Part shown: positions 19,135-33,940 of the stretch, piece by piece
Layout: every line of letters begins with the position of its first letter
Position numbering within the stretch: the stretch's first letter is position 1
From: an uncultured Chloroflexia bacterium
GTDB lineage: Bacteria; Chloroflexota; Limnocylindria; Limnocylindrales; CSP1-4
Direction: 5' to 3'
Assembly: GCA_963746845.1 (NCBI GenBank)
Contig: CAVVCZ010000004.1
Location: forward strand, 288,001 to 352,000
Length of the DNA: 64,000 nucleotides
Program-made: the position numbers and the translations under genes
The notes under the pieces: model-generated
The model's input: the letters and a program-made list of their open reading frames with translations, nothing else
Databases searched by the model: none
What the model was told of the DNA's origin: nothing

Positions 19135-20595
19135 TCAGGCGAGGACCGCCCAGCGGTAGACCAGCTGGACCTTCGCGACGTCGAAGATCGCCCGTCCGCC
19201 GAGGTACGGCACGATCACGACGCCGTAGGCTCGGCGGCCGTTCCGGTGCAGCCCCGAGGACGCACTGATCGACCAGGTCGCGGACTTCGGCCCGATCGCC
19301 TTGACGTCGTAGCAGCCGATGTCCAGTGGCGAGCACAGCGCCCGATTCCATAGACCGGCAACCGCCCGGTGGCCGTTTGGTGAACGACCGGTCACCTTGA
19401 ACGTGATCGTGCTGCCGTAGGCGACCGCCGAGTGGAGGGTGAAGGGATACCGGACCGCCACGCCGGCCGTGCCCGAAGACAGCCGGACACCGCCGCCATA
19501 GGGCGAGGCGGCGCGACTGACCGATCCGTTGCCGGGGTCGCCGACGGCGTCGTATCGGCCACCGGCCAGGGTGATCGTTGCCGAGTGCCAGTGCAGGCGC
19601 TTCGCCGAGACGGCGACCTTGCTGGTGGCCGTCAGCACGTTTCCGGCGGTGTCCGTCAGCCGCTGGACCACCCGGTAGGTCCCGGCGGCGAACGGCGTCC
19701 CGGCCGCGGTCCGGCCGGTCCAGCCGTACACGTAGGCGCCCGGCGCTCGCCGGCCGAGATCGACGGTGCGGAGGAGCTTGTTCGTTGGCCCGTAGATCCG
19801 GATGACGACCGAGGCGCTCTCCCGGAGGCTGCCGCGGATGAACTCCGTGTCCCTGTAGCCGTCCTTGTACGGGTAGAACGTCGCGTAGTCGACGCGGACG
19901 CCGGTCGCGTCGACTCCGGTGTCCGTGGTGACGACCTGGGCGAGACGTGCCGCGGACGGGCCGAAGTCAGCATCGCCGCTGAACGATGCGGTCAGGTCGT
20001 GCTGGCCCGCGGCAAGGGTGCGACTGACCGAGACCGACCAGCTGCCGTTGCCGATCGGCCCCGTGGCGATGGTCGACCCATCGAACGCATCGACGATCGT
20101 GAGCGTGCCGCCCGCCACGTCGTGGGGGGTCACGGAGGCCGTGATCGCGACAGCCTGTGTCGTCAGCGCCGGGTTCGGGCTCGAGACGAGCGTGACCTGG
20201 GTGGCGATGCCGACCGTCACCGTTGCCGGGGCACTCTGGCTCGCGTCGAAGTCGCCGACGGGACCAAAGGTCGCAACAACGGTGTGCGTCCCGGGGCCAA
20301 GGGGCAGCGTCGACGTCCCGACGCCCGTGTCATCCAGTGGGGATGCGCCGACCAGGTTGCCGTCCGAGAGGAACGAGACCCCGGGGAGGAAGCCATTGGT
20401 GGGCGTGGGGACGGGCACGACCCTGGCCGTCACCTGTACCGGACCGTACTGGATGCCGGCTGGGACCGCGAGAGTGGTGCTCGTGGCAGTCGAGGCGCGA
20501 ACCGTTGCCACGGCCGGCCCGATTGCCATCGCGAGGGCAAAGGCCATCGCAAGGAGCGTTGAGGCCGCTCGAACCCGCGTGAAGTGGCGATCCAT
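19135..20595 (-). CDS. Secreted protein with Ig-like (Big_3) repeats and FlgD-Ig-like domain
   Basis: Signal peptide; GTHTVVATF and GQHDLTASFSGD repeats; FYPYKDGYRD...W.GR..AG.....GTY. Confidence 0.75.
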   Translation of the reverse strand: MDRHFTRVRAASTLLAMAFALAMAIGPAVATVRASTATSTTLAVPAGIQYGPVQVTARVVPVPTPTNGFLPGVSFLSDGNLVGASPLDDTGVGTSTLPLGPGTHTVVATFGPVGDFDASQSAPATVTVGIATQVTLVSSPNPALTTQAVAITASVTPHDVAGGTLTIVDAFDGSTIATGPIGNGSWSVSVSRTLAAGQHDLTASFSGDADFGPSAARLAQVVTTDTGVDATGVRVDYATFYPYKDGYRDTEFIRGSLRESASVVIRIYGPTNKLLRTVDLGRRAPGAYVYGWTGRTAAGTPFAAGTYRVVQRLTDTAGNVLTATSKVAVSAKRLHWHSATITLAGGRYDAVGDPGNGSVSRAASPYGGGVRLSSGTAGVAVRYPFTLHSAVAYGSTITFKVTGRSPNGHRAVAGLWNRALCSPLDIGCYDVKAIGPKSATWSISASSGLHRNGRRAYGVVIVPYLGGRAIFDVAKVQLVYRWAVLA

Positions 20596-20767
20596 GGGAG
20601 TCCCCTCGTTGTTCGACTGCATCTGGATCAAAGACGCGGAACGTCGATCGCCGTTGCAGTGAACGTCGGGGCCGTCCGGACGAGGCTCGCCGGTCGTTTG
20701 AAGCGCCCCTGTTCGCCGCGGATGGCAGCGGCCGCGCTGTCGTCCGGGCGCGACCCTGCTACCCTTC

Positions 20768-20886
20768 GGCCATCCTTGAAGGCCGGTCCTGTGAGACCGG
20801 CGGACCGGTCCCGTGAGGCCGGAAAGGAGGCCAGCAATCGTGTGTCCGCGCGTCCACCGAGCCCATCGGGCCGGTGGCGTTTTCGT
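20768..20886 (+). promoter_or_regulatory. PyrR-type attenuator leader with two tandem binding hairpins and terminator
   Basis: CCTTGAA...CCGGTCCTGTGAGACCGG...CCGGTCCCGTGAGGCCGG-AAAGGA; terminator-like CCACCG...CGGTGG-CGTTTT; upstream of carA. Confidence 0.8.
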
Positions 20887-20897
20887 GTGAGGGGCCG

Positions 20898-25549
<4,652 letters not shown>

Positions 25550-25553
<4 letters not shown>

Positions 25554-26230
25554 CGACGGACGGCCCCCGGCCTTTCGACCTCGTCATCTTCGACTGCGAC
25601 GGGGTCCTGGTCGACAGCGAGCACCTCTCGATCCGCCTGGATGTCGAGCTGCTCGCGTCGCTCGGCTGGCCGATGGGCGAGGCCGAGATCGTCGAGCGGT
25701 TCGTCGGCCGGACGGAGCCGGCGATGCGGGCGGAGATCGAGGCCTACCTCGGCCGGGACGTGGGCCCGGAGTGGGCGGCGTTCTCCGAGCGGTACGTCGC
25801 AGCGTTCGCCGCCGAGCTGCAGCCCGTCAACGGCGTCGCCGATGCCATCGACGCGATCCAGGCCGCAGGCTACGCGACCTGCGTCGCGTCGAGCGGCGAC
25901 CACGCGAAGATCCGGCGGAACCTCGGGCTGACGGGGCTCGCGGACCGGTTCGGCGACCGGATCTTCAGCGGCGACGACGTGACCCAGGGCAAGCCGGAGC
26001 CGGACCTGTTCGTCCACGCCGCCTCGGAGACGGGCGCGGTGCCCCGCCGATGCGCGGTCGTCGAGGACAGCCGGCACGGTGTGGCCGCCGCGCGCGCCGC
26101 CGGGATGTGGGTCTACGCGTACGCGGGCAGCGTCACGCCGGGGCCGGCCCTGGCCGGCCCGCGCACCGTGGTCTTCGACGACATGCGAGACCTGCCGAGC
26201 CTGATCGCCGCGGGTCCGCCGACGGCCTGA
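25550..26230 (+). CDS. HAD family hydrolase (IA)
   Basis: FDCDGVLVDSE, KPEPDLF and VEDS motifs. Confidence 0.9.
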
Positions 26231-26236
26231 ATCGCC

Positions 26237-27649
26237 TCAGGCCGGCTGGATCACGGCCGGGACCACGGCCGCGGCCGGCGCCTCGACGACGAGCGCCTGC
26301 CCGAGCGACCAGAGCGTCAGCGTCGTCAGGGCGACCATGATTACCGCGAGCGGGAGCTGGCGGCGTCGATGCTCGGACGCCCCGCGGGCCGCGCCGGACT
26401 CGTTCGCCGCGACGCAGTGGCCGGCCCACGCCCCGAGCATGTGGCCGCCCACGACGGCGGCGAGCTGGACCGTCCAGACGAACCCGGGCGGCAACCACGC
26501 CTGCGAGGGCTCGAAGAACGCGAACCCGAAGTTGCCGATGTCCCAGCCCTGCTGGAGCGGGTCGGCGAGGGCCACGACGATCCGCTGGCCGTCGATCAGG
26601 ACATACGTGAAGTAGTGCGCGACGAGGTAGCCCGCCGCGATCGGCACCAGGCCGGCGGCCGTCGCGTTCAGCCCGACGAGCCGCCCGACGGCCAGGGCGG
26701 CCACGACGAGGAGCCCGAGCCACGCGAACAGCTGGAGCGTCTTGATCGGGACGCCGGGCGCCCCGAACACTTCGAACCAGGGCTGGGTCTGAGACAGGCC
26801 GTCGAACAGGATCGACGCGGTCCCAAGCGCCACCAAAACGAGGTCCTCGACGTGCCAGCCGGGCAGGAGCAGGGCCGAGGCGAACGGCCGCCGCGCGATG
26901 CGGCCCTCGGCCGGATCACCGCTGAACCCGAACGGCGCGATCCGCCCGAGGAGCCCGAACCAGACGCTGAACGTCTCGCCGTCCTGTCGCCAGGCGTCCC
27001 GCCCGAACTGGGCCATCATCGCCAGCGTGAAGGCCGTGTACCCGACCATGACGATGAACAGGGTTCGCGGCCCGGTGCCGTTGCCGACGAGTTCGAGCCA
27101 GACGAAGAACACGAACGCGACGATCGCCGGCCAGCGCCCGATCGCGGCCGGGTAGTCGGCGATCGCCCAGCCCTCGATGCCGAGCCGGCGAAGGACCCAC
27201 GCGCCGATGTCATGGATCGTCGTGAACGGGTCGAGCCAGTGCCAGACCGGCCAGAGGAATGCCGAGATCATCGCGACGCCGACCCAGCCGTAGACCCACA
27301 GGAAGAGCGTCGTCACGTCGCCCGCGCTCGTGCCGCCGGCGATCCCCTGGGCGCAGACCCACAGCCAGCCGATCAGGCCGATCGCCCGGAGGGCGTTGCG
27401 GAGCCACGTCCGCGGGACGCGGCCCTCGCCGATGACCGGCGGGTCCGCCCGCACGTCGGCCACGAGCACGAACGCGAACGACAGCCCGACGGCGATCGCG
27501 GCGCCCGCGAGGTAGACGATCAGCGGCAGTCGGCTCTGGTAGACGCTGCTCAGCTGGTGGGCGAGGACGGTCGGCGGGCCGGCGAACAGCATGACCCCCA
27601 CGGCGGGGGCGACGAGGACGAACGCGCGGGCGCGCACGCGCCGGATCAC
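26237..27649 (-). CDS. Multi-pass membrane protein (fenitrothion hydrolase FedB-like), signal peptide then His
   Basis: Signal ending LA-H, many TM helices, PIAAGYLVAHY and GHMLG motifs. Confidence 0.7.
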   Translation of the reverse strand: MIRRVRARAFVLVAPAVGVMLFAGPPTVLAHQLSSVYQSRLPLIVYLAGAAIAVGLSFAFVLVADVRADPPVIGEGRVPRTWLRNALRAIGLIGWLWVCAQGIAGGTSAGDVTTLFLWVYGWVGVAMISAFLWPVWHWLDPFTTIHDIGAWVLRRLGIEGWAIADYPAAIGRWPAIVAFVFFVWLELVGNGTGPRTLFIVMVGYTAFTLAMMAQFGRDAWRQDGETFSVWFGLLGRIAPFGFSGDPAEGRIARRPFASALLLPGWHVEDLVLVALGTASILFDGLSQTQPWFEVFGAPGVPIKTLQLFAWLGLLVVAALAVGRLVGLNATAAGLVPIAAGYLVAHYFTYVLIDGQRIVVALADPLQQGWDIGNFGFAFFEPSQAWLPPGFVWTVQLAAVVGGHMLGAWAGHCVAANESGAARGASEHRRRQLPLAVIMVALTTLTLWSLGQALVVEAPAAAVVPAVIQPA

Positions 27650-27650
27650 G

Positions 27651-28283
27651 TCAGCTGGCCGGGCGTCCGCGCCCGCGCATCAGCCAGAGTCCGAGACCCG
27701 CGAGGACGATGAGGACGACGACGATCGGGATCACGGCGTCGGTCGTCGAGCCCGTCGACGTCGTGGGGGGCGACGACGGGGAGGGAGCTGCTGACGCCGG
27801 CGGCGAGGCCGCGGCCGACGGCGCCACGGACGGCGGGGCGGATGGGGCTTCGGATGCCGTTGAGGGCTCGGGGGTCGGCGACGGGCTCGGTGGCGTCGGT
27901 GATGGCGCGACGACCGTGAACGTGGTCACGCCGCGGGCGAGGTCGCCGTCGGTGGCGGAGGTCGAGGTCCAGCGGATCCGGTAGGCACTGGGCGCCATCG
28001 CCGGCAGCGTCAGGGTCATCTGCTTCTTGTTGGCGCTGTCGACGTCGCCACCGGCCGCGACGACCGCACCAGTGGAGTCGATGACCGTCAGATTGCTCTT
28101 CGACGGGACGAGGTTCTCGGTGAACGTGGCGACGATCGCGGCCGGGGCCGGACCGCTCGATTTGTCGGCCGGGGTCATCGTGTCGAGCTCGGCGTGCGCG
28201 AGCGCCAGGCCGGGAACGAGGAGCAGGCACAGCGCCGCACCGGTGAGTGCGGCGACGGCCCGCCGCGGTCGTCGGGAGATCAT
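27651..28283 (-). CDS. copC: CopC-domain copper resistance protein with P/S linker and C-terminal TM anchor
   Basis: Signal then HAELDTMTP, F-T-E, Y.IRW.STSATDGD. Confidence 0.8.
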   Translation of the reverse strand: MISRRPRRAVAALTGAALCLLLVPGLALAHAELDTMTPADKSSGPAPAAIVATFTENLVPSKSNLTVIDSTGAVVAAGGDVDSANKKQMTLTLPAMAPSAYRIRWTSTSATDGDLARGVTTFTVVAPSPTPPSPSPTPEPSTASEAPSAPPSVAPSAAASPPASAAPSPSSPPTTSTGSTTDAVIPIVVVLIVLAGLGLWLMRGRGRPAS

Positions 28284-28420
28284 GGCCGGGAGTGTAGAGC
28301 GGGTCCCGAATCCGGGCGTGGAGCCATCCGGCCCGTTAGCCGCGGGCCGACCGGCCCGGGCGATGTCGAGGGAGGTGCCGGCCGGGGCAGGCGGGAGAAC
28401 CGCCCCGGCCGTCCCTCGGG

Positions 28421-29329
28421 TCAAACGATCGCGGCGGCGCCGATCTCCTCGAGCGCCGGGATCACCTCGCGGCCGATCACTGCGTACTGGTCCGTTCGAT
28501 AGGCGTCGGGCAGGTTGATGATCAGGTGATCCATGCCCTCGGAGGCCTGGGCCCGGGCCCGCTCGACAAGGTCGGACGGGCGCATCCGCCCCGGTCGCAG
28601 GTCGGTGTCCATCAGGCAGGTCATCTCGACCTCGCCCGGGTCGCGGCCGGTCTCGACGCACCGCGTCCGGATCGTCTCGACGAGGCGGCGGCCCTCGCCC
28701 GGGTCCGGGTTCAGGACGTTGCAGGCATCGCCGTAGCGCGCCACGAGGTCCATCGTCCGGCGCGGCCCGTTGCCGCCGACCATCAGTCGGGGTCGCGGCC
28801 GCGACAGGGGAGCCGGCACGTTGATCGGCTCCGCGAGCTGATAGTGAGCCCCGTCGATCGACGTCCGGTCGCCGTCGAACATCGCCCGCGCGATCCGGAG
28901 GGTCTCCTCGAGCCGGTCGAACCGCTCGCCGCGGTCGGGGAAGGGGAAGCCGAGGCCGTGCGCCTCGCGGGTGTACCAGCCGGCCCCGAGCCCGAGGTAC
29001 GTCCGGCCGCCGCCGGTGAGCACGTCGAGCGTCGTGGCCTGCTTGACGAGCGCCGCGGGGTGGCGGAAGTGGACACCCGCGACGAGCGGGCCGAGCGCGA
29101 TCCGTTCCGTCGCCAGGGCGAGGAACCCGAGGGTCGTGTAGGCCTCGAGCATCGGCTCCTCCGGGCCGCCCCAGCCCGACTCCTCGGGCAGCTGGATCCA
29201 GTGGTCCATCACCCACAGGCTGGCGAACCCGGCCGCCTCCGCGGCCTGGGCGATCTCGATCAGGGTCGGGCGGATCGCCGCGGGGCCGCCCGGATAGGTG
29301 AACGACGGGAGCTGGAGCCCGAGACGCAT
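28421..29329 (-). CDS. LLM-class F420-dependent oxidoreductase
   Basis: GFASLWVMDH, EAYTTLGFLA, LGLGAGW and LMVGGNG. Confidence 0.9.
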   Translation of the reverse strand: MRLGLQLPSFTYPGGPAAIRPTLIEIAQAAEAAGFASLWVMDHWIQLPEESGWGGPEEPMLEAYTTLGFLALATERIALGPLVAGVHFRHPAALVKQATTLDVLTGGGRTYLGLGAGWYTREAHGLGFPFPDRGERFDRLEETLRIARAMFDGDRTSIDGAHYQLAEPINVPAPLSRPRPRLMVGGNGPRRTMDLVARYGDACNVLNPDPGEGRRLVETIRTRCVETGRDPGEVEMTCLMDTDLRPGRMRPSDLVERARAQASEGMDHLIINLPDAYRTDQYAVIGREVIPALEEIGAAAIV

Positions 29330-29339
29330 CGGGGCGCCC

Positions 29340-29576
29340 TCAGGCCGCGGGGGAGAGCGGGGACGGCCCGTCGTTGCACGGCAGTTCGCCGGATCCCCTG
29401 ACCGTCTCGATCTCGCCTGCGATCGCGATCCCGATGCCGACCAGCCAATGCCCGAGCCGGACACGCCGCGAGTCCGGGTCCCGAGCGCGCTCGGCGCGGA
29501 GCGCGGCGGCCTCGTGCTCGAGGCCGTGGATGTGATCCTCGACGAGGATCCGCTGCATCTCGTTCATCACGTTCAC
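29340..29576 (-). CDS. Small hypothetical protein
   Basis: AAAGGA SD; HIHGLEHEAA...RVRLGHWLVGIG pattern; precedes the LLM gene. Confidence 0.6.
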   Translation of the reverse strand: MNVMNEMQRILVEDHIHGLEHEAAALRAERARDPDSRRVRLGHWLVGIGIAIAGEIETVRGSGELPCNDGPSPLSPAA

Positions 29577-29618
29577 GGTGTCACTCGATCCTTTCGTGAC
29601 TGATAACGATCTGTTCAA

Positions 29619-29638
29619 TGTTCGATGGTTATCTAACC
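29619..29638. promoter_or_regulatory. ArsR-type operator, copy 2
   Basis: TGTTCGATGGTTATCTAACC, 17/20 identical to the palindrome at 30846. Confidence 0.7.
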
Positions 29639-29695
29639 CTCGGCCCGGAAGAAGGGCCGCGGCGCGACCGCGGCCCGGGGTCGGGGAGGCTGTGG

Positions 29696-30802
29696 CTATC
29701 CGATGAGGAACTTCTTGATCTCCACCGACGCGTCGTCGAGACGGTTGCGCCGGAGGCTGTAGTACATGACCGTGCCGGACTCGGTGATCGTCACGAGGCC
29801 CGCGGCACGGAGCTGCGAGAGGTGGTGCTTGATCGTCGGCTTCGACAGGTCGAGCTCCTGGGCGATCTCGGTGAGGTAGAGGTCGCGCGACGCGAGGAGC
29901 TTCAGGATCCGGAGGCGGGTCTCGTCGCCGAGGGCCCGGTGGAGGCGCACCACGGACAGCGGCGGCGTCAGCCCGTCCGAGGGATCCAGGGCGGTGTCCG
30001 CGACGGGATAGCCGAAGAACCGCCAGTCCCGACCCGACATCAGGAAGTTGTACGGGCGCGAGAAGTAGGACGGCGCGAGGATCACCCGCGAGATCCCGGC
30101 CTGCGGCAGGTAGCGGAGGCCGCCGGTCGTCGTCTCGATCAGGTCGGACGGCGTCAGGCGCTCGCGATCGGCCGCCCGCGCGTCGTAGTCGCGCTCGAGG
30201 ATCGTCGCCACACGCGGCTCGACCTCGGCGAACTTCCCCTGCCAGGCCCGAAGCACGGCCAGGATCCGATCCTTGGCGAGGGACGGATCCCGGAGCAGCT
30301 CCAGGCGGCCCTTCCGGTTCCACTCCGGCAGCTTCTCGGCGAGCTCGTCGATGGCCGCCCCGTCGCCCGCGATCGCCCGGCCGAGCAGGTCCTTGAGATC
30401 GGTGTCGTGATAGTCGTCGGTGAAGAGGGCGTTCAGCAGGTCGTCGGATGACGTGTCCCCGACGAGGTCGACGAAGTCGGCCGAGGTCCGGACCGCCGGC
30501 AGGTCCACGAGGAGGATCCCCGCGTGGATCGCGAGCTCGCTCTCGAAGAGGTCGGTGAGGCCCGTCTGGACGTCCGGATCGAGGGCCTTGCGGCTCGCAT
30601 GCAGCCAGCTCCGATCGGGATTGGGCAGGTCGTCCGTGGAGCCGGCGTCGCCGGACAGCGAGAACACGAAGTCGTACGCGGTCCGGACGTCCCAGTCGAT
30701 CCGGTACGAGACGCCGCTGCGGGTGAGGTCGCGGACGACCGGACGCGACGGGGCCTCGGCGGGTCGTCCCGCGGTTCGCCTCGCAACCGGTCGAGCTGCC
30801 AT
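29696..30802 (-). CDS. ArsR/SmtB family regulator with C-terminal wHTH
   Basis: RALGDETRLRILKLL...LSKPTIKHHLSQLRAAGLV. Confidence 0.9.
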   Translation of the reverse strand: MAARPVARRTAGRPAEAPSRPVVRDLTRSGVSYRIDWDVRTAYDFVFSLSGDAGSTDDLPNPDRSWLHASRKALDPDVQTGLTDLFESELAIHAGILLVDLPAVRTSADFVDLVGDTSSDDLLNALFTDDYHDTDLKDLLGRAIAGDGAAIDELAEKLPEWNRKGRLELLRDPSLAKDRILAVLRAWQGKFAEVEPRVATILERDYDARAADRERLTPSDLIETTTGGLRYLPQAGISRVILAPSYFSRPYNFLMSGRDWRFFGYPVADTALDPSDGLTPPLSVVRLHRALGDETRLRILKLLASRDLYLTEIAQELDLSKPTIKHHLSQLRAAGLVTITESGTVMYYSLRRNRLDDASVEIKKFLIG

Positions 30803-30845
30803 CGTCGTCGTCCTGCTCCTGGGTTCGTGCCGGTGGTGTTTGCCG

Positions 30846-30865
30846 TGTTAGATGGATATCTAACA
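30846..30865. promoter_or_regulatory. ArsR-type operator, copy 1
   Basis: Perfect 8-4-8 palindrome TGTTAGAT-GGAT-ATCTAACA upstream of the ArsR gene. Confidence 0.75.
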
Positions 30866-30993
30866 GCCGGAAGACCGGGACGTCAAGAGGGCAGCGCACG
30901 GTCGTCCGGTCCGCTGCGTCCGGTCGCCGGGCCGATGCGGACCGTCCGGCCTACAATTCGGACCCCCGACCCGCCGAGGAGCCGACGTCGCCG

Positions 30994-32367
30994 ATGTCCA
31001 GCGTGCCCACCGTGTCCTTCACCGACGAGCGCCTGGAGAACGGCCTCCGGCTGATCATCTCCGTCGATCGGCTCGCGCCCGTCGTGGCCGTGAACCTCTG
31101 GTACGACGTCGGGTCCAAGCACGAGGTCGAGGGCAAGACGGGCTTCGCTCATCTCTTCGAGCACGTGATGTTCCAGGGCTCCCGCAACGTCAGCAAAGCG
31201 GAGCACATGTCGCTCGTCCAGGCGGCCGGCGGGACGATGAACGGCAGCACCTGGCTCGACCGGACGAACTACTACGAGACGATGCCGTCCCATCAGGCGG
31301 AGCTGGCGCTGTGGCTCGAGGCGGACCGGATGGGGACGCTCCTCGATGCGCTCAGCCAGGAGAACCTCGACAACCAGCGCGAGGTCGTGAAGAACGAGAA
31401 GCGCTGGTCGTACGACAACCGCCCGTACGGATCGTGGTACGAGAAGGTCCAGGGCCACCTCTTCCCGCCAGAGCACCCGTACCACCACACGACGATCGGC
31501 TCGATGGAGGACCTGGACGCGGCCTCGATCGAGGACGTCAGCGCCTTCTTCCGGACGTACTACGCGCCGAACAACGCGGTCCTGTCCGTCGTCGGCGACG
31601 TCGATCCCGCCGACATCCGTCGCTGGGCCGAGCGCTACTTCGGCGGCATCCCGCCGAACCACGACATCCCGCCGCTGGGCGACCTGTCCGTGCCACCGAC
31701 ACTCGGGGCGGAGCGCCGCGAGACCGTCCGGGACAAGGTCCCGCTGCCCCGCGTCTACGTCGGCTTCCGGGCGCCCGTGTATGGCGACCCGCGGCTGGAC
31801 GCGCTCGACATCGCCGCCCAGGTCCTCGCCGGAGGCAAGGGCTCCCGGTTGCACCGCCGGCTCGTCCGTGACGAGCGAATCGCCCAGGACACCGCGCTCG
31901 TGGCGCTCGGGTTCGTCGGCGGGGCGTCGATCTGCGTCGGCTGGGCGACCGTCCGGCCGGGCATCCCGGTCGAGCGGGTGGAAGCCGCGCTGCACGAGGA
32001 GCTCGAACGGCTCGGACGGGAGCCGATCACGGACGACGAGCTGGCACGCGCGCGCGCCCTGATCGAGACCGAGGAGCTGGCGGGCCTGTCGCGCGTCGAG
32101 GAGCGGGCCGATCGGCTGTCGATGTACGCAACCCTGTTCGACGACCCGGACCTGATCAACCGGATGCTCGGGCGGTACCTCGCGGTCACGGCCGACCAGA
32201 TCCGGTCGGTGGCGAGCGAAGTCTTCCGGGCGGACAACCGCGTCGTCCTGACCTACCTGCCGGATCTCCCGCCGGCCGACACGGCGACCGCCGAGGAGCA
32301 CGCCGAGTCCCCGGCCGACGCCGCCGGGCCCGGGGACCGGGACGCTGACGAGGAGGTCGCGGCATGA
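30994..32367 (+). CDS. M16 family zinc peptidase (catalytic subunit)
   Basis: GFAHLFEHVMFQGS inverted HxxEH; EREV-like QREVVKNE. Confidence 0.93.
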   Translation: MSSVPTVSFTDERLENGLRLIISVDRLAPVVAVNLWYDVGSKHEVEGKTGFAHLFEHVMFQGSRNVSKAEHMSLVQAAGGTMNGSTWLDRTNYYETMPSHQAELALWLEADRMGTLLDALSQENLDNQREVVKNEKRWSYDNRPYGSWYEKVQGHLFPPEHPYHHTTIGSMEDLDAASIEDVSAFFRTYYAPNNAVLSVVGDVDPADIRRWAERYFGGIPPNHDIPPLGDLSVPPTLGAERRETVRDKVPLPRVYVGFRAPVYGDPRLDALDIAAQVLAGGKGSRLHRRLVRDERIAQDTALVALGFVGGASICVGWATVRPGIPVERVEAALHEELERLGREPITDDELARARALIETEELAGLSRVEERADRLSMYATLFDDPDLINRMLGRYLAVTADQIRSVASEVFRADNRVVLTYLPDLPPADTATAEEHAESPADAAGPGDRDADEEVAA

Positions 32368-33863
32368 GCGCGGACGTGCGGATCGTCGCCGAGCGTCCGA
32401 CCCCCGGGACGCCGCGCCCGTACGAGTTCCCCGAGGTCCACCGGTCGCGTCTGGCCAACGGGCTGTCGCTCGTGGTGGCGGACCTGCCGGGCCGGCCCCT
32501 CGTCTCGGCGACGCTCGTCCTGGGCAATGGCGCCATCGACGAGCCCGACGGCGATGGCGGGGCGACGGTCCTCGCGGCGCGCGCGCTGACCGAGGGGACG
32601 GAGCGCCACGACGCGGTCGCGCTGGTGGAGGCGGCCGAGCGGCTCGGAGCCGCCCTCCACGCCGAGGCGGGCTGGGACGCGATGTCGATCGGGGTGGATG
32701 TGCCCGCCGCGCGGCTCGAGCCGGCGCTCGAGCTCCTCGCCGAGGTCGCTCTCCAACCGACGTTCCCGGACGCCGAGGTGGAGCGGCTGCGTGACGAGCG
32801 GCTGAACGACCTGCTCCAGGCCGAGGCGGACCCGCGCCGCCGCGCCGACGAGGCGTTCGCCGCCACGATCTACAGTGGCGGCTCGCCCTACCACCGGCCG
32901 TCCGGCGGCACGCGCGAGACCGTGGAGAGCCTGGACGCCGGCCGCCTCCGCGCGGCCTATCGGCGGGGCCTCGACCCGACCCGCGCGACGCTCGTCGTCG
33001 GGGGCGACCTGACCGGGATCGACGTCCCCGCGATCGCCGATCGGCTCCTGGGTGGCTGGGGTGCCCAGTTCGGCGCGGGATCGACGGGCTCGATCGTGGC
33101 CGAGAGCGCCGTCCGCGAGCGGTTCATCCGCGTCCTGCACCGGCCCGGCTCGGTCCAGACCGAGATCCGGATCGGGCATGTCGGGGTGCCGAGGCGGATC
33201 CCCGACTATCACGCCCTGTCCGTGATGGCCGCGATCCTGGGCGGGCTGTTCAACTCCCGCCTGAACGCGAAGCTCCGCGAGGAGAAGGGCTACACGTATG
33301 GTGCGGGCGCGGGGTTCGACCTCCGCCGGGCCGCCGGCCCGTTCGCCGCCCGGGCGGCGGTCAACACCGAGGTCACCGTCCCGGCGATCGTCGACACGAT
33401 CACCGAGCTCGATCGGATCCGGTCGGGTCCGGTCACGCCAGTGGAGCTGGACGCGGCACGCGACTTCCTGATCGGCGTGTTCCCGCTCCGGTTCGAGACG
33501 GCCGGCGCCGTCGTGGGTGCCCTCGCGGGCCTCGCGGTCCACGACCTGCCACACGACGAGCTGGCGCGGTACCGGGCCGGGATCGAGGCCGTCTCGATCG
33601 ACGCCGTCCAGGCCGCGGCCGTCGCCCACGTCCGGCCGGGCTCGGCGGCCATCGTCCTCGTCGGGGACGCGGACGCGTTCGGGGCGGAGCTGGAGGCGGC
33701 CGGTCTCGGACGGATCGTGATCGAGCGGGATCGCGGCCTCCAGGACGAGGGCCGGGACGACGGGGTCCAGGAGGGCCTCGGGCCGGTCGACGAAGGGACA
33801 TCCGGACCGACCGGCGGCGCGGAAGAGCCGGCCGAGGACGACGGGGGCGAGATCGCGGGCTGA
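32364..33863 (+). CDS. M16 family peptidase, non-catalytic partner
   Basis: SRLNAKLREEKGYTYG (R/Y pair); no HxxEH. Confidence 0.9.
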   Translation: MSADVRIVAERPTPGTPRPYEFPEVHRSRLANGLSLVVADLPGRPLVSATLVLGNGAIDEPDGDGGATVLAARALTEGTERHDAVALVEAAERLGAALHAEAGWDAMSIGVDVPAARLEPALELLAEVALQPTFPDAEVERLRDERLNDLLQAEADPRRRADEAFAATIYSGGSPYHRPSGGTRETVESLDAGRLRAAYRRGLDPTRATLVVGGDLTGIDVPAIADRLLGGWGAQFGAGSTGSIVAESAVRERFIRVLHRPGSVQTEIRIGHVGVPRRIPDYHALSVMAAILGGLFNSRLNAKLREEKGYTYGAGAGFDLRRAAGPFAARAAVNTEVTVPAIVDTITELDRIRSGPVTPVELDAARDFLIGVFPLRFETAGAVVGALAGLAVHDLPHDELARYRAGIEAVSIDAVQAAAVAHVRPGSAAIVLVGDADAFGAELEAAGLGRIVIERDRGLQDEGRDDGVQEGLGPVDEGTSGPTGGAEEPAEDDGGEIAG

Positions 33864-33940
33864 GGCTCGGGGCGCCCCGCGCCGGCGCGACCCTCGCGGC
33901 CGTCCGGCGCATGGCCTCTCGCGCCCCCGACATCGCATAT

